Shown piece after piece: positions 28,241 to 36,855 of a stretch of DNA of 38,068 nt. Numbering within the stretch: position 1 is the first letter of the stretch; every line of letters starts with the position of its first letter. Origin of the DNA: a virus (taxonomy: Duplodnaviria > Caudoviricetes); the IMG/VR virus record IMGVR_UViG_3300033067_001427, positions 1 to 38,068 of that record; one strand, 5' to 3'. The notes under the pieces are model-generated. The model ran no database searches. It was not told the origin of the DNA and worked only from the letters and a program-made list of their open reading frames with translations. A program made the position numbers and the translations under genes.

Positions 28241-29107
28241 GTGTATGTGCGGAAAAGGTTTACCGAGACTTTTAATAGTGTCGCCGACAAACTCATTGAA
28301 AACCTTCGACTACGTGGAAGGCCACGCACCCACAAAGTGGCCATCTCGCCGCTTAATCACTTACGTAAAACATTTGGGACAAAAAAAATTGCCCTAATTA
28401 AAGACCATATGTTTTGGGATGATCACGTCCCGCGCGCAAGACTTGAAAACCCTAACCGCAATTTAAACAAAGATAGAAAGCTTTTTATTCAAGTTCTGCA
28501 CTATGCGTACTACCTGGGTCTTATCTCAAAGGTGCCCGGCAAAATTGCAAAACCAAATCAGACAAATGAAATAGGCCGTGAAGTTACCGACGAAGAATTA
28601 GCCTTGCTATTAAAGCACGCGACCTTAAATTTGCGCTTTCAAATTCTTATTGCTGTAAATACTGGAATGAGAAAAGGTGAGGTTTTATCTATCAGATTTG
28701 ATTACTGTGACTTTGAAAGAAATATTATTTTCCTGCCCAAAGAAGTGACCAAGACAAAGAAAGGGAGGGCTATCCCCATTACAAAAGAATTGTCTTTTGA
28801 GATTCAAAAAAGAAATACCGGAAAGTCAGCTTTTTTATTCCCTTCCCAACGCACAATGAATCAGCACCAACTAGACAATAAAAAAGTGTGGCAAAAAGCG
28901 AAGCGGCTAGCGGGGGTGAATTGCAGATTTCACGACCTAAGGCACACCGCCGCAACGCGTAAGCTTAGGTCCGGCGCCTCCATTCACATGGTGTCTTTGG
29001 TACTTGGCATGAGTGTGAAAATTCTTACTTCAATTTATCAGCACTTAACGGTCGAGGATTTGCGGGCAACGGCAGTAAGCGGTGGAATATCGTTTTTGGA
29101 TAAATAA
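28241..29107 (+). CDS. int: Tyrosine recombinase/integrase
   Basis: TGMRKGE, TKTKK, FHDLRH, LGM (usual His replaced), catalytic Tyr in SIYQH. Confidence 0.9.
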   Translation: MYVRKRFTETFNSVADKLIENLRLRGRPRTHKVAISPLNHLRKTFGTKKIALIKDHMFWDDHVPRARLENPNRNLNKDRKLFIQVLHYAYYLGLISKVPGKIAKPNQTNEIGREVTDEELALLLKHATLNLRFQILIAVNTGMRKGEVLSIRFDYCDFERNIIFLPKEVTKTKKGRAIPITKELSFEIQKRNTGKSAFLFPSQRTMNQHQLDNKKVWQKAKRLAGVNCRFHDLRHTAATRKLRSGASIHMVSLVLGMSVKILTSIYQHLTVEDLRATAVSGGISFLDK

Positions 29108-29228
29108 AGGCCCCCTACCAAGTGAGGTCGGCAGAGGGCCAAGCATCCAAAGGCTGTCTGAATTTCCCTTGTTTAAAGCTGATTGTACTGATTATTTATA
29201 ATAGCGCCCGACACCATGCGTAATATTA

Positions 29229-29260
29229 CCCGCCGGTCGGGATGTACCCGACGGGTGTTT
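29229..29260. terminator. GC-rich hairpin between convergent int and small peptide gene; carries ACAUCCCG loop on minus strand
   Basis: CCCGTCGGGT-ACATCCCG-ACCGGCGGG (minus); followed by TGTTTT on plus. Confidence 0.5.
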
Positions 29261-29264
29261 TATG

Positions 29265-29360
29265 CTAGTGCTTTATTTTTAACAGTGTCATCACTGCTAA
29301 AATGATCGCACTAATGGCCCCGGCAATGGTTGCTAGGGTTTCTAGAAGAGCCGCTTTCAT
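29265..29360 (-). CDS. 31-aa hydrophobic peptide (type I toxin-like)
   Basis: MKAALLETLATIAGAISAIILAVMTLLKIKH; GAAAGG RBS; single TM helix with basic end. Confidence 0.5.
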   Translation of the reverse strand: MKAALLETLATIAGAISAIILAVMTLLKIKH

Positions 29361-29427
29361 TTTTTTTAGCCTTTCTCGGGATGAGTTAATGGTTATGGGG
29401 AAAAATGGGGGCGGCTCGGCCTCTTTC

Positions 29428-29602
29428 TTTCAAAGTCTTTACCCTGTCCCCCTATCACCCAATCAGGTGCTCATCCATCAAAAGACAGGAAATTTGACTT
29501 TCCAAGCAAATGGAGTGAAATACCTAAATTAAGCACTCGCTGCTATTTGAGTTGAACGCTCAAAAAGCAGTTAGATAAAAGGACAGGGCAAAACCCTTGA
29601 AA
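29428..29602 (-). ncRNA. Putative ~175-nt structured RNA
   Basis: Long closing stem 29581..29602 with 29428..29449 (3 of 4 DNA mismatches are G-U on minus strand) plus nested stems. Confidence 0.55.
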
Positions 29603-29658
29603 AATTTTATTCTCTTCATATTTCAAAGAACGCAATCCGCGCTTTCGCTCGGAAATTT

Positions 29659-29707
29659 TGGCGTCCCCAACGAGATTCGAACTCGTGTCCACACCGTGAA
29701 AGGGTGT
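29659..29707 (-). other. attP core: 3' portion of tRNA-Glu(TTC)
   Basis: ACACC-CTTTCAC-GGTGT GGAC ACGAG-TTCGAAT-CTCGT TGGGGACGCCA; no 5' half; ~550 nt from int. Confidence 0.85.
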
Positions 29708-29753
29708 TGCTATAAGTTTTTAAAAACGTTCCTTGTAAGTGTAAAAAAAGTCG

Positions 29754-29787
29754 GTGGGGGTAAGCGAAGCGGCTTGCCCCCATTTTT
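29754..29787 (+). terminator. Intrinsic terminator
   Basis: TGGGGGTAAGC-GAAGCG-GCTTGCCCCCA-TTTTT. Confidence 0.65.
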
Positions 29788-30019
29788 ATGCTTATCGTCG
29801 AGTAAGCGCAATAACCTAAATATTATATTTTTCACACAATTCCTAAGCGTTCAGAACGAACATGGCGGGGTACGGTTAAAGGGTAGGGTCAAAAATATGA
29901 TCCAGTACCTCGCCATAAATTTATTGGATGACGTCCATGCTTGATTACGTACTAGCAGCGTGGGTGTTCAGCTTGATGTTTTTAATTGTGATTTTGCAGC
30001 GAAGAGTTTGGAGATAAGC

Positions 30020-30694
30020 ATGGGCGAGGAAAAAGATCATATCAGAATTCACATTCCAAATTGGACAAAATACAATTCGGACTCAGAACGCAATAGACAC
30101 CCCAGTTGGTTCCTTTTAATCAACTCAACACCCATTTCACACGGTTTGATAGGCCTTACACCCCAACAAAAATGGGTTTGGATCTGTTTATTGTGTGAAT
30201 GTTCACGAAAAAATGCTGACACACTACACCTAAGTTTGCGCTGGCTTTCCAATTTTTCTGGCGTAAATAAAAGTGATATTTTGAAAGCGTTTGAAATTCT
30301 TCAAGAAAATGAATCGCTGTCAGTTGACTGTCAGAGCGCTGTCAAACAACCGCCGGAGAATTCGCTACATACAAACAGACAGACAGACATACATACAGCA
30401 TTTGATTTTGATATTCTCTACAAAGCCTATCCAAGAAAGATCGGAAAAACCGCCGGTATCAAGACCGCACAACGTTCCATAAAAACAGAAGAAGAATACC
30501 TATCTTTAAAAAGGGCCATCGAAAATTATGTCGTTCTTACGCGAGAGAGTGAGCCCAAATTTATTAAGCACTTTTCTACTTTCATGAATTGTTGGCGTGA
30601 TTACGTTGAAATTGAGGTGCCTACAAAGTCGAATCCGAATCAAGTGCTTGATGACGATGAATTAGCCGCAATTAAGGCTGGGGGGTACACGTGA
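30020..30694 (+). CDS. Phage replication initiator
   Basis: IPNWTKYN N-terminus; FDILYKAYPRKIGK and FIKHFSTFMN C-terminal motifs; precedes helicase; GGAG RBS before 30020. Confidence 0.75.
   Translation: MGEEKDHIRIHIPNWTKYNSDSERNRHPSWFLLINSTPISHGLIGLTPQQKWVWICLLCECSRKNADTLHLSLRWLSNFSGVNKSDILKAFEILQENESLSVDCQSAVKQPPENSLHTNRQTDIHTAFDFDILYKAYPRKIGKTAGIKTAQRSIKTEEEYLSLKRAIENYVVLTRESEPKFIKHFSTFMNCWRDYVEIEVPTKSNPNQVLDDDELAAIKAGGYT
30317..30399. repeat. Candidate origin iterons inside initiator gene
   Basis: CTGTCA at 30317, 30328, 30339 (11-bp period), then ACA[A/G/T] tetramer run from 30371. Confidence 0.55.
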
Positions 30695-31713
30695 GCGCAC
30701 AACCACTACAAAGCTTCCAAGAGTTAATGCAATATGCGAAAGAATTAGCGGCAGATTTGTTTCGGTGTGATTTTGGCATTCAGTTTTTAGACGACGCGCT
30801 TTTAGGTTTACGTGCCGGGGAAACAACCCTCATTGGCGCTAGAAGCGGGTCAGGCAAGACGGAGCTTGCAACGCGTATTTTACAAACACAAGAAGAAGCT
30901 AAGGCCCGCCCGGTGCTTTACTTCGCGCTTGATCACGAAAAAGGGGAGATAGAAAACCGCATTTTGTGGAAAAAATTATCACAAGAAATTAAACGAACAG
31001 TGGGGCACCCGCTACACGGCAAGTATTTGCGCTACACAGAATGGTTAAACGGGGCTTACACGGAATCACTAGGAGACATGCAGCGCAACCTAAGGCTCCG
31101 CTATAGCTACCTAAACTCAACAAGCGAGAGCCAGATTGTTTATTCTAAAAACAACTATACAGCGCAAGGTATTTGTAAAATCATCGAGGAAACAGCCAGA
31201 TATTATGGGCTAATAATTATCGACCACTTTCACGCCCTTGTTTTTAACGGCGATAGAATGCAAGCCCAGCGCGACGCAATGAAGCTGATTTGTGAGTGTG
31301 CAGAAAAAACTAATAAGCCAATTTTAATTATGGGCCAGTTTAGAAAAAGAGCGGCTACAAACAAGTGCCCTATACCAGACTTTGAAGAGTTTTCCGGCCC
31401 AGCGGATTTGTATTACCTACCACAAAACATAATCGTGCTTGCTGCCAACACGGAAGAATCTGCGGCTATGGGAGAAACTTTTTTTCATATTACTAAGTCG
31501 CGATTAGCGTCTGATGCAAAGCCGTTTGTGGGTGTTCACCACTTTGACACTGAAACAAAGGGCTACTCAAAAGATTATTCGGTAAGGCGGTTTGTATCGC
31601 ATGGGATGCCAATCAAGATAGATAGACCGCTTGATTTACCGAAATGGGCACACGGGGCAACAAAGCCAAAAATATACCAAACTGAAAAACCAGTGGGAAT
31701 TTATACAGAGTAA
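30691..31713 (+). CDS. DnaB-like replicative helicase (C-terminal RecA domain)
   Basis: GARSGSGKT, YFALD, IIIDHFH, ILIMGQF, KSR motifs. Confidence 0.85.
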   Translation: MSAQPLQSFQELMQYAKELAADLFRCDFGIQFLDDALLGLRAGETTLIGARSGSGKTELATRILQTQEEAKARPVLYFALDHEKGEIENRILWKKLSQEIKRTVGHPLHGKYLRYTEWLNGAYTESLGDMQRNLRLRYSYLNSTSESQIVYSKNNYTAQGICKIIEETARYYGLIIIDHFHALVFNGDRMQAQRDAMKLICECAEKTNKPILIMGQFRKRAATNKCPIPDFEEFSGPADLYYLPQNIIVLAANTEESAAMGETFFHITKSRLASDAKPFVGVHHFDTETKGYSKDYSVRRFVSHGMPIKIDRPLDLPKWAHGATKPKIYQTEKPVGIYTE

Positions 31714-31726
31714 CTAATAAAACAGA

Positions 31727-32116
31727 ATGCATCCTGATTTACAACTTGAAAGCGTAGTACTCGCTCAGTGCAAAGGCCTACTTGCGGCGCTTAAGCACCA
31801 GGGCAAATTGACCTATAGACGCATTCACTCGGTCGCAATACCACGGGGGGATTTTACAAAAGGCATGGGCCGGTTTTCTAAAAATAAAGACATGGAAGGA
31901 ATAAGCGATCTGGTTATATTTTTACCCGCAGGCACCACACTTTGGGTTGAGTTAAAACGATCTGACGAAAAAAAAGGAAAGCAAGACGATGCCCAGATTC
32001 GCTTCCAAAAAGAAATTGAGGCCCACGGCCACCATTACCGAATTGCGCGCAACGTAGGCCAGCTAGAAACGATATTACAGGCATTTGGAGTTGAGACACG
32101 GACATGGATTAAGTGA
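31727..32116 (+). CDS. VRR-NUC nuclease
   Basis: GISDL...WVELK...Q..FQ...GHHYRIAR. Confidence 0.85.
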   Translation: MHPDLQLESVVLAQCKGLLAALKHQGKLTYRRIHSVAIPRGDFTKGMGRFSKNKDMEGISDLVIFLPAGTTLWVELKRSDEKKGKQDDAQIRFQKEIEAHGHHYRIARNVGQLETILQAFGVETRTWIK

Positions 32117-32172
32117 TTTGACGACGATACTAACAACGCAGCGGATCATAAACATTACTTGGGGGTAATTAA

Positions 32173-32481
32173 ATGGGCAACACGCTAACGGTCTTATTTG
32201 ATGAAAATAAGCGCTTCACACCTGAGCACAGGCTTTGGTTTCAGGTGCTTGCTACATACGTTCTTGAAGCAAAAAATAAATGTAAGCCAACCGACAGGAA
32301 ATGTCGGCAAGGTAAAATGCAGATTCGATCAGACATCGCCCACCCCTGGACGAGATACATTTGTGACATGCTTGATTATGACTACGAAACTTTCAGAGAT
32401 CGAGTCTTAGCAATACTCGGTGAGTCTTGCCCTATTCACGGGCCAAGCCCAACTATTAAGACGGGGTTAGGGACTAAATGA
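32173..32481 (+). CDS. Hypothetical protein (possible transcription regulator)
   Basis: PEHRLWFQVL...ICDMLDYD pattern; RBS; coupled. Confidence 0.5.
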   Translation: MGNTLTVLFDENKRFTPEHRLWFQVLATYVLEAKNKCKPTDRKCRQGKMQIRSDIAHPWTRYICDMLDYDYETFRDRVLAILGESCPIHGPSPTIKTGLGTK

Positions 32482-32891
32482 TTGCCTTACGTCGGGATGC
32501 GGAGGGCATGACTGACGTTCCTATCCCTCCAAAATTTATGGACAATAATCCCGATCTAAAAACTTACCTAGACGCTGTCGCCAAACGCCAAGCGTATAAC
32601 CACAAAACAGGCATTGTTAATATTGCAATCATCTTACAGCTTCACGATGATATAGCCCGCATCGTAGAAATGGTGCGCATATGCGAAGTGGCTCTTCACT
32701 CAATAGATGCAATCGGTGAAATGTACAGTGAAGAACTACAAGGCGTAAACGCAGCCGATATGTGGCGAAAAGCTGCTAGGGCGAGAATGGAAATCGCAAA
32801 TCTTGCGCTCGATGGGTCTAGCGCTCATTGGGGAGATTTTGAGGGATTGTCAAAAACTAAACCAGAAGGAGATGATGATGACAATAACTGA
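32478..32891 (+). CDS. Hypothetical protein
   Basis: 137 aa, ATGA coupling. Confidence 0.55.
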   Translation: MIALRRDAEGMTDVPIPPKFMDNNPDLKTYLDAVAKRQAYNHKTGIVNIAIILQLHDDIARIVEMVRICEVALHSIDAIGEMYSEELQGVNAADMWRKAARARMEIANLALDGSSAHWGDFEGLSKTKPEGDDDDNN

Positions 32892-33072
32892 GATTCAAAA
32901 TGAAATTGCAAAGCGCAGAAAATTCTTGGAAGAGAAAATTGCCGAGATAAAAAAAGAAGACGAGGCATTTCAAAAGTGGATGCTCGAGGCTGTTGGCATT
33001 AACGAAAGAACGCCGCTAGCCCCAGAGACAATCCTGACAGTGATTGAAAAATTCATGCCCAAAGACAAATGA
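32878..33072 (+). CDS. Hypothetical coiled-coil protein
   Basis: AGGAG RBS before the ATG run at 32872-32880. Confidence 0.55.
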   Translation: MTITEIQNEIAKRRKFLEEKIAEIKKEDEAFQKWMLEAVGINERTPLAPETILTVIEKFMPKDK

Positions 33073-33332
33073 CGCTATATAGGTTTTTAGACGAGTCTAA
33101 GCTTTGCTTAAGAATTAGGCGCTCGCCAAGAATGTCCGCTGCTTTTATAGCATCAATAGAAGATGTGTTTTTAATAAACGAAAATAGCGGAATACATTTT
33201 TACGGATACGGGAAAACATACGAAGAGTCTCTGCGAAATTACGTTGAAAAAATAGAGGGCAAAACACTCAGATACTACGCTAGTGAATTTCTTGTGCGTG
33301 ATGTAGTTGTGCCAGCTAATCTAACAGTGTAA
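33069..33332 (+). CDS. Hypothetical protein
   Basis: 87 aa, YGYGKTYEESL motif, ATGA coupling. Confidence 0.55.
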   Translation: MTLYRFLDESKLCLRIRRSPRMSAAFIASIEDVFLINENSGIHFYGYGKTYEESLRNYVEKIEGKTLRYYASEFLVRDVVVPANLTV

Positions 33333-34330
33333 ACGGCAATCACACCAAACACAGCGTACCTAAACGGATAATTAAATATTGCTGTGGCCGCAATGCCAGA
33401 CAGTACAGAAAAAGCTAAATGTTTTTCACCCTCATAAAGCTTTCGCATCGTCTTGCAAAAGAGAGTCGCATACAAAACTAAGCCAACAACGCCAAGCTCA
33501 AATAAACACTGTAGCCAGTCGCTATGCATCGTGGGCCAATAATGCCCCTCGCCACTCATCGACATCATAAAGTTATGCTTTGCTTGCATTTGTGGCGACA
33601 TCACCTGAAAAGTCCCAAGTCCTGTACCAAAAAGTATCATGCCCCTATTCCACCACTCGGACATAAATATTTTGTACGCTTCAAATCTGCCTGCTGAATC
33701 AAATAAAAGACTACCGCTTGAGATGAGTCCGCAGAATAAAGATGCTGCGCCGACAAGCACAAGCCATTTTAAAATGTCCTTCCCTCTAAACATGCATATT
33801 AAATGCGCGGACAAGGAAACGCAGAGAACGCCTATTGGGATGCTGCTTAGTGAAAGTGTCACGGCAAGGATTATTATACCAAGCCCTGCCCACGCCCTTT
33901 CTTTTACGGCGCTACCAGCCCCAAGTGCTATGAGACAGCCATTCATGCTGGCGTTTAAAACAAATCCTGTGTAACCGTGATTGCCGTATGTAACTCCAAA
34001 AAATATAGCGTTAAAAATAACAAGGCATGCGTTTGAAAGCGTTAGTAGGTAAACACCCGCATTAAACCAGTATTCACCAAACACTTTAAAAAGATGCTCT
34101 GAAATAATTATGACTGTTAGCACAGACAAAATTCCCCAGAGAGACGTGCACATTAGTGCTTGCTGAATTGGTATTGGGGCAAAGGGATAGCGTTTAAGTG
34201 CAAGGACAGAGACGCCAGACAAAAGCGTGTAGAGAAGCGTAATTGATGCAAGCCAATTTCTATTAAAGTACTTGGCCGCAATAAAAAGCGCAGCGATACA
34301 AAGAGATAACCACCAACAAGATACGCTCAT
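33275..34330 (-). CDS. O-antigen ligase / Wzy_C family membrane protein
   Basis: Many TM helices; GRFEAY...FGTGLGTF...HSDWLQCLFELGVVG signature. Confidence 0.85.
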   Translation of the reverse strand: MSVSCWWLSLCIAALFIAAKYFNRNWLASITLLYTLLSGVSVLALKRYPFAPIPIQQALMCTSLWGILSVLTVIIISEHLFKVFGEYWFNAGVYLLTLSNACLVIFNAIFFGVTYGNHGYTGFVLNASMNGCLIALGAGSAVKERAWAGLGIIILAVTLSLSSIPIGVLCVSLSAHLICMFRGKDILKWLVLVGAASLFCGLISSGSLLFDSAGRFEAYKIFMSEWWNRGMILFGTGLGTFQVMSPQMQAKHNFMMSMSGEGHYWPTMHSDWLQCLFELGVVGLVLYATLFCKTMRKLYEGEKHLAFSVLSGIAATAIFNYPFRYAVFGVIAVYTVRLAGTTTSRTRNSLA

Positions 34331-34333
34331 TTA

Positions 34334-34474
34334 TTATTTTGTTTCGAGTGCTTTAAGTCTGAGTAATAGGACTTTGATTTTTAAGCAGCGCAGTGGGAGC
34401 CAACCTAAAAGCCCTTTGCGAGATGCTACTTTGTATAGTTTTGCTAGTAATTCTTCACGTGATTCTAGTACCAT
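34334..34474 (-). CDS. 46-aa basic peptide (not in ORF track)
   Basis: MVLESREELLAKLYKVASRKG...; AGGAG RBS; fills the gap. Confidence 0.55.
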   Translation of the reverse strand: MVLESREELLAKLYKVASRKGLLGWLPLRCLKIKVLLLRLKALETK

Positions 34475-34482
34475 TTTCTCTC

Positions 34483-35865
34483 CTAGTGTGTGGCCCATCG
34501 GCCGTTAAGATAAGTTTGAATTGATGATCTATCGGTTGATCCAACCGCGGTGTTGTACATAAGCGCTTCACCAATATCTATTTCAGCGCATTGAGTAGCA
34601 TCGTAATTGCACCCAATTCTTAGCGCTGCTGGAAAGCCTGCAAAGTTACCGCTCGCAAGCGATGTTTCAGCGCCGTCATTAATGCTTATATAAATGCTGC
34701 CGCTATCGTGTCTTACGTGCGCTATGTACCAAGTATTTGCCGCGATAGTTTTTGTGACTTTTTGACCACCGCCGTAATTTTCAAGTCCGACAAGCGGTGT
34801 AGACTTCAAATATAGCGACATGTTGCCGCCTGTTTTTTCCGTAAAAATTGGATCGTTTGAAAAACCGTCAGCGTTGTTAGAGCCAAATGATTTAGCTTGA
34901 AACACGTACCAAGCTGAGAAGCTCGCAGCGCTTACAACGTTTGTAATCGCAGAAGGCCCGTCTAATCTATCGTTAGTACCGTCGAATCTGACGACATTCT
35001 TGCTGTTTTGAATCGAGTTTTTTACAAGCGGGGGATTTGTGCCCTCTGTCATGTTGTATGCGTTAGAGGATTTGTCTTTCCAACATTTTACTGCGTTGCC
35101 GTCGCTCGATGCAGGCGTTGTACAGCCTGTGTCGGTGTAAAGTTTTGCGCTGTCAGAAGCGTCAAGCCAAAGCGTAAGACCAGATACATCACTAGGCGAA
35201 AAAACAGCTACGTAAGTGTAAACACCCGTTCCGGTGCCAGTCTGGCTGTCCGAATTTGTAACAATAATATCGACAGCGCCAGCAGCGTGAGCGCCGCTTG
35301 TACAGGTAATAGACGTTGAGCTTGCGACATTTGGACTAGTGCAAGTAACACCACCTACGGTTACCGTAGCGCCAGTGATAAATCCAGTACCAGTAATTGT
35401 GAGTGCGTCACCGCCAGCGGTGCTACCAGAAGTAGGACTGACGCTTGAGACTGTGGGCGCTGCTTGATAGGTGTACGCGTTACTTAAAGTACCTGTCTGC
35501 GCGTCTGTGTTTGTAACTGTAACAGCGTAAGTGCCCGCTGATTTAGAAGGCAGCATGCAAGACAGAGACGTTGAGCTAAGTACGTTTGGTGATGTACAAG
35601 CTGTACCGCCAACGGCAGATGTGGCCCCAGCTAAAAACCCAGTACCAGTAATGGAAAGGCTTGTGCCGCCAGCAAGTGCGCCGGCAGTTGGTGACACGCT
35701 TGTTACTGTAGGCGCTGGGCTTGGCACTGGAGGGGGAACATATCCGCTACCTGTAGTAGTGGGTGGGTGTATTAAACCGCCAATACACTGCCCGCCAGTA
35801 CTGTGAATATGTGACGCCTGTAAATTTACAGCAAGCGCCAATGTCAGCGCTAAGATAAAACGCAT
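34483..35865 (-). CDS. Secreted protein with two IPT/TIG domains and a C-terminal LamG-like domain
   Basis: Signal peptide; 2 x PTV.SVSP..G..AGG..L.ITGTGF; GLTLWLDASD...WKDKS...IGEALMYNTAV...YLNGRW. Confidence 0.85.
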   Translation of the reverse strand: MRFILALTLALAVNLQASHIHSTGGQCIGGLIHPPTTTGSGYVPPPVPSPAPTVTSVSPTAGALAGGTSLSITGTGFLAGATSAVGGTACTSPNVLSSTSLSCMLPSKSAGTYAVTVTNTDAQTGTLSNAYTYQAAPTVSSVSPTSGSTAGGDALTITGTGFITGATVTVGGVTCTSPNVASSTSITCTSGAHAAGAVDIIVTNSDSQTGTGTGVYTYVAVFSPSDVSGLTLWLDASDSAKLYTDTGCTTPASSDGNAVKCWKDKSSNAYNMTEGTNPPLVKNSIQNSKNVVRFDGTNDRLDGPSAITNVVSAASFSAWYVFQAKSFGSNNADGFSNDPIFTEKTGGNMSLYLKSTPLVGLENYGGGQKVTKTIAANTWYIAHVRHDSGSIYISINDGAETSLASGNFAGFPAALRIGCNYDATQCAEIDIGEALMYNTAVGSTDRSSIQTYLNGRWATH

Positions 35866-36279
35866 TTACCACACCATAAGTTTAAGATTGCCGCTAGTAA
35901 GCGAGGACGCTTCTTCAGATAAAATAAATAGGTATTTAAATACCGACACGTCGTCAAAAGTAGCTGTACCGCCAGATGCTACGTAAAGCTTTTCAGTGCT
36001 TGATGCACTTGGAGCCCCAGAATTTTCTGATGTCAAAATTGAGATTGCTCCCTGCACGGTACTGATTGCACCAATATGCGAGTATCCTTTTCCATCTAAA
36101 TCCCACATCACATTACTGTGATGAATACCGTCACGAGCTTTTGGCACTACAGGGATAATGCTAGAAGAGTTAGGCGTAATGTTGATGCTTTTTGGTTTGT
36201 TGAAGTTTGGTCTTACTTCCCATGCTCCAAAAAGAAGAGGCAGGCAAAGTAGAATTGCTAGTTTGGTTATTTTTTTCAT
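35866..36279 (-). CDS. Hypothetical secreted protein
   Basis: MKKITKLAILLCLPLLFGA signal-like N-terminus. Confidence 0.55.
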   Translation of the reverse strand: MKKITKLAILLCLPLLFGAWEVRPNFNKPKSINITPNSSSIIPVVPKARDGIHHSNVMWDLDGKGYSHIGAISTVQGAISILTSENSGAPSASSTEKLYVASGGTATFDDVSVFKYLFILSEEASSLTSGNLKLMVW

Positions 36280-36287
36280 TTATCCCC

Positions 36288-36527
36288 CTAAATGCTTTTT
36301 AATTCCGGCATACACGCAACACCGTTGCATGCTTGTGCTAGATGCCCATTGTTTTTATCAAGCTTGTGTTGCTCAATTGCTGCGACAAGTTTTTCTTTCA
36401 AAGAAAGTGCTGCGCCATCACGTTGGCCCTTTGGAAGTCCACCAATCAGGCCAATGATGTTTTGCACAATCGCTACAATTTCAGGTGCGTGAGCAAGTAA
36501 ATAGAGGATGATCGAAATCCATGTCAT
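36288..36527 (-). CDS. Small membrane protein (possible lysis accessory)
   Basis: Hydrophobic N-terminal half; near hydrolase gene. Confidence 0.45.
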   Translation of the reverse strand: MTWISIILYLLAHAPEIVAIVQNIIGLIGGLPKGQRDGAALSLKEKLVAAIEQHKLDKNNGHLAQACNGVACMPELKSI

Positions 36528-36528
36528 A

Positions 36529-36801
36529 TTAGGACACCAACGCTTTCGCTACGTCTGAAATCACAACAGCAAGCGTTCTTGCAAAAAGAACTGGGTTTTC
36601 TTTAGCTTCATCGTCGATTAAATTTAATTGTTGTATGTGCGGCAGTAAGTCCCCAATAAATGCAGTTCCTAATGCGACTACCTCGCTAAATTGCAATCCA
36701 TCATTAGCTGCCTTTTTGATTTCACTAACGGCTTTGGTTACTACCTGAAGCACTTCATAGGTATTTGCAGATACTTCTACTTCGATTTTTTTTACGATCA
36801 T
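36529..36801 (-). CDS. Hypothetical helical protein
   Basis: 90 aa; GGGGTG RBS. Confidence 0.55.
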   Translation of the reverse strand: MIVKKIEVEVSANTYEVLQVVTKAVSEIKKAANDGLQFSEVVALGTAFIGDLLPHIQQLNLIDDEAKENPVLFARTLAVVISDVAKALVS

Positions 36802-36819
36802 GGGGCACCCCGATTAAAT

Positions 36820-36837
36820 GACATCGGGATGAATGTC
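36820..36837 (-). promoter_or_regulatory. Hairpin with UCAUCCCG loop
   Basis: GACAT-TCATCCCG-ATGTC just upstream of AATCGGGGTG RBS. Confidence 0.6.
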
Positions 36838-36855
36838 TGGTTATTTTTTTGCTGC

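Noticed and set aside
29114-29163. CCTACCAAG match to the capsid-leader motif and AGGCTGTCTGAAT match to the permuted RNA
   Set aside because: Isolated 9- and 13-mers are expected by chance in 38 kb; partner motifs are absent
29659-29707. Functional tRNA-Glu gene
   Set aside because: 5' acceptor strand and D arm are absent; better explained as attP
29597-29944. 115-aa ORF (and 29302..29532)
   Set aside because: Shadow ORFs over the antisense tRNA fragment, terminator and structured RNA; no protein-like features
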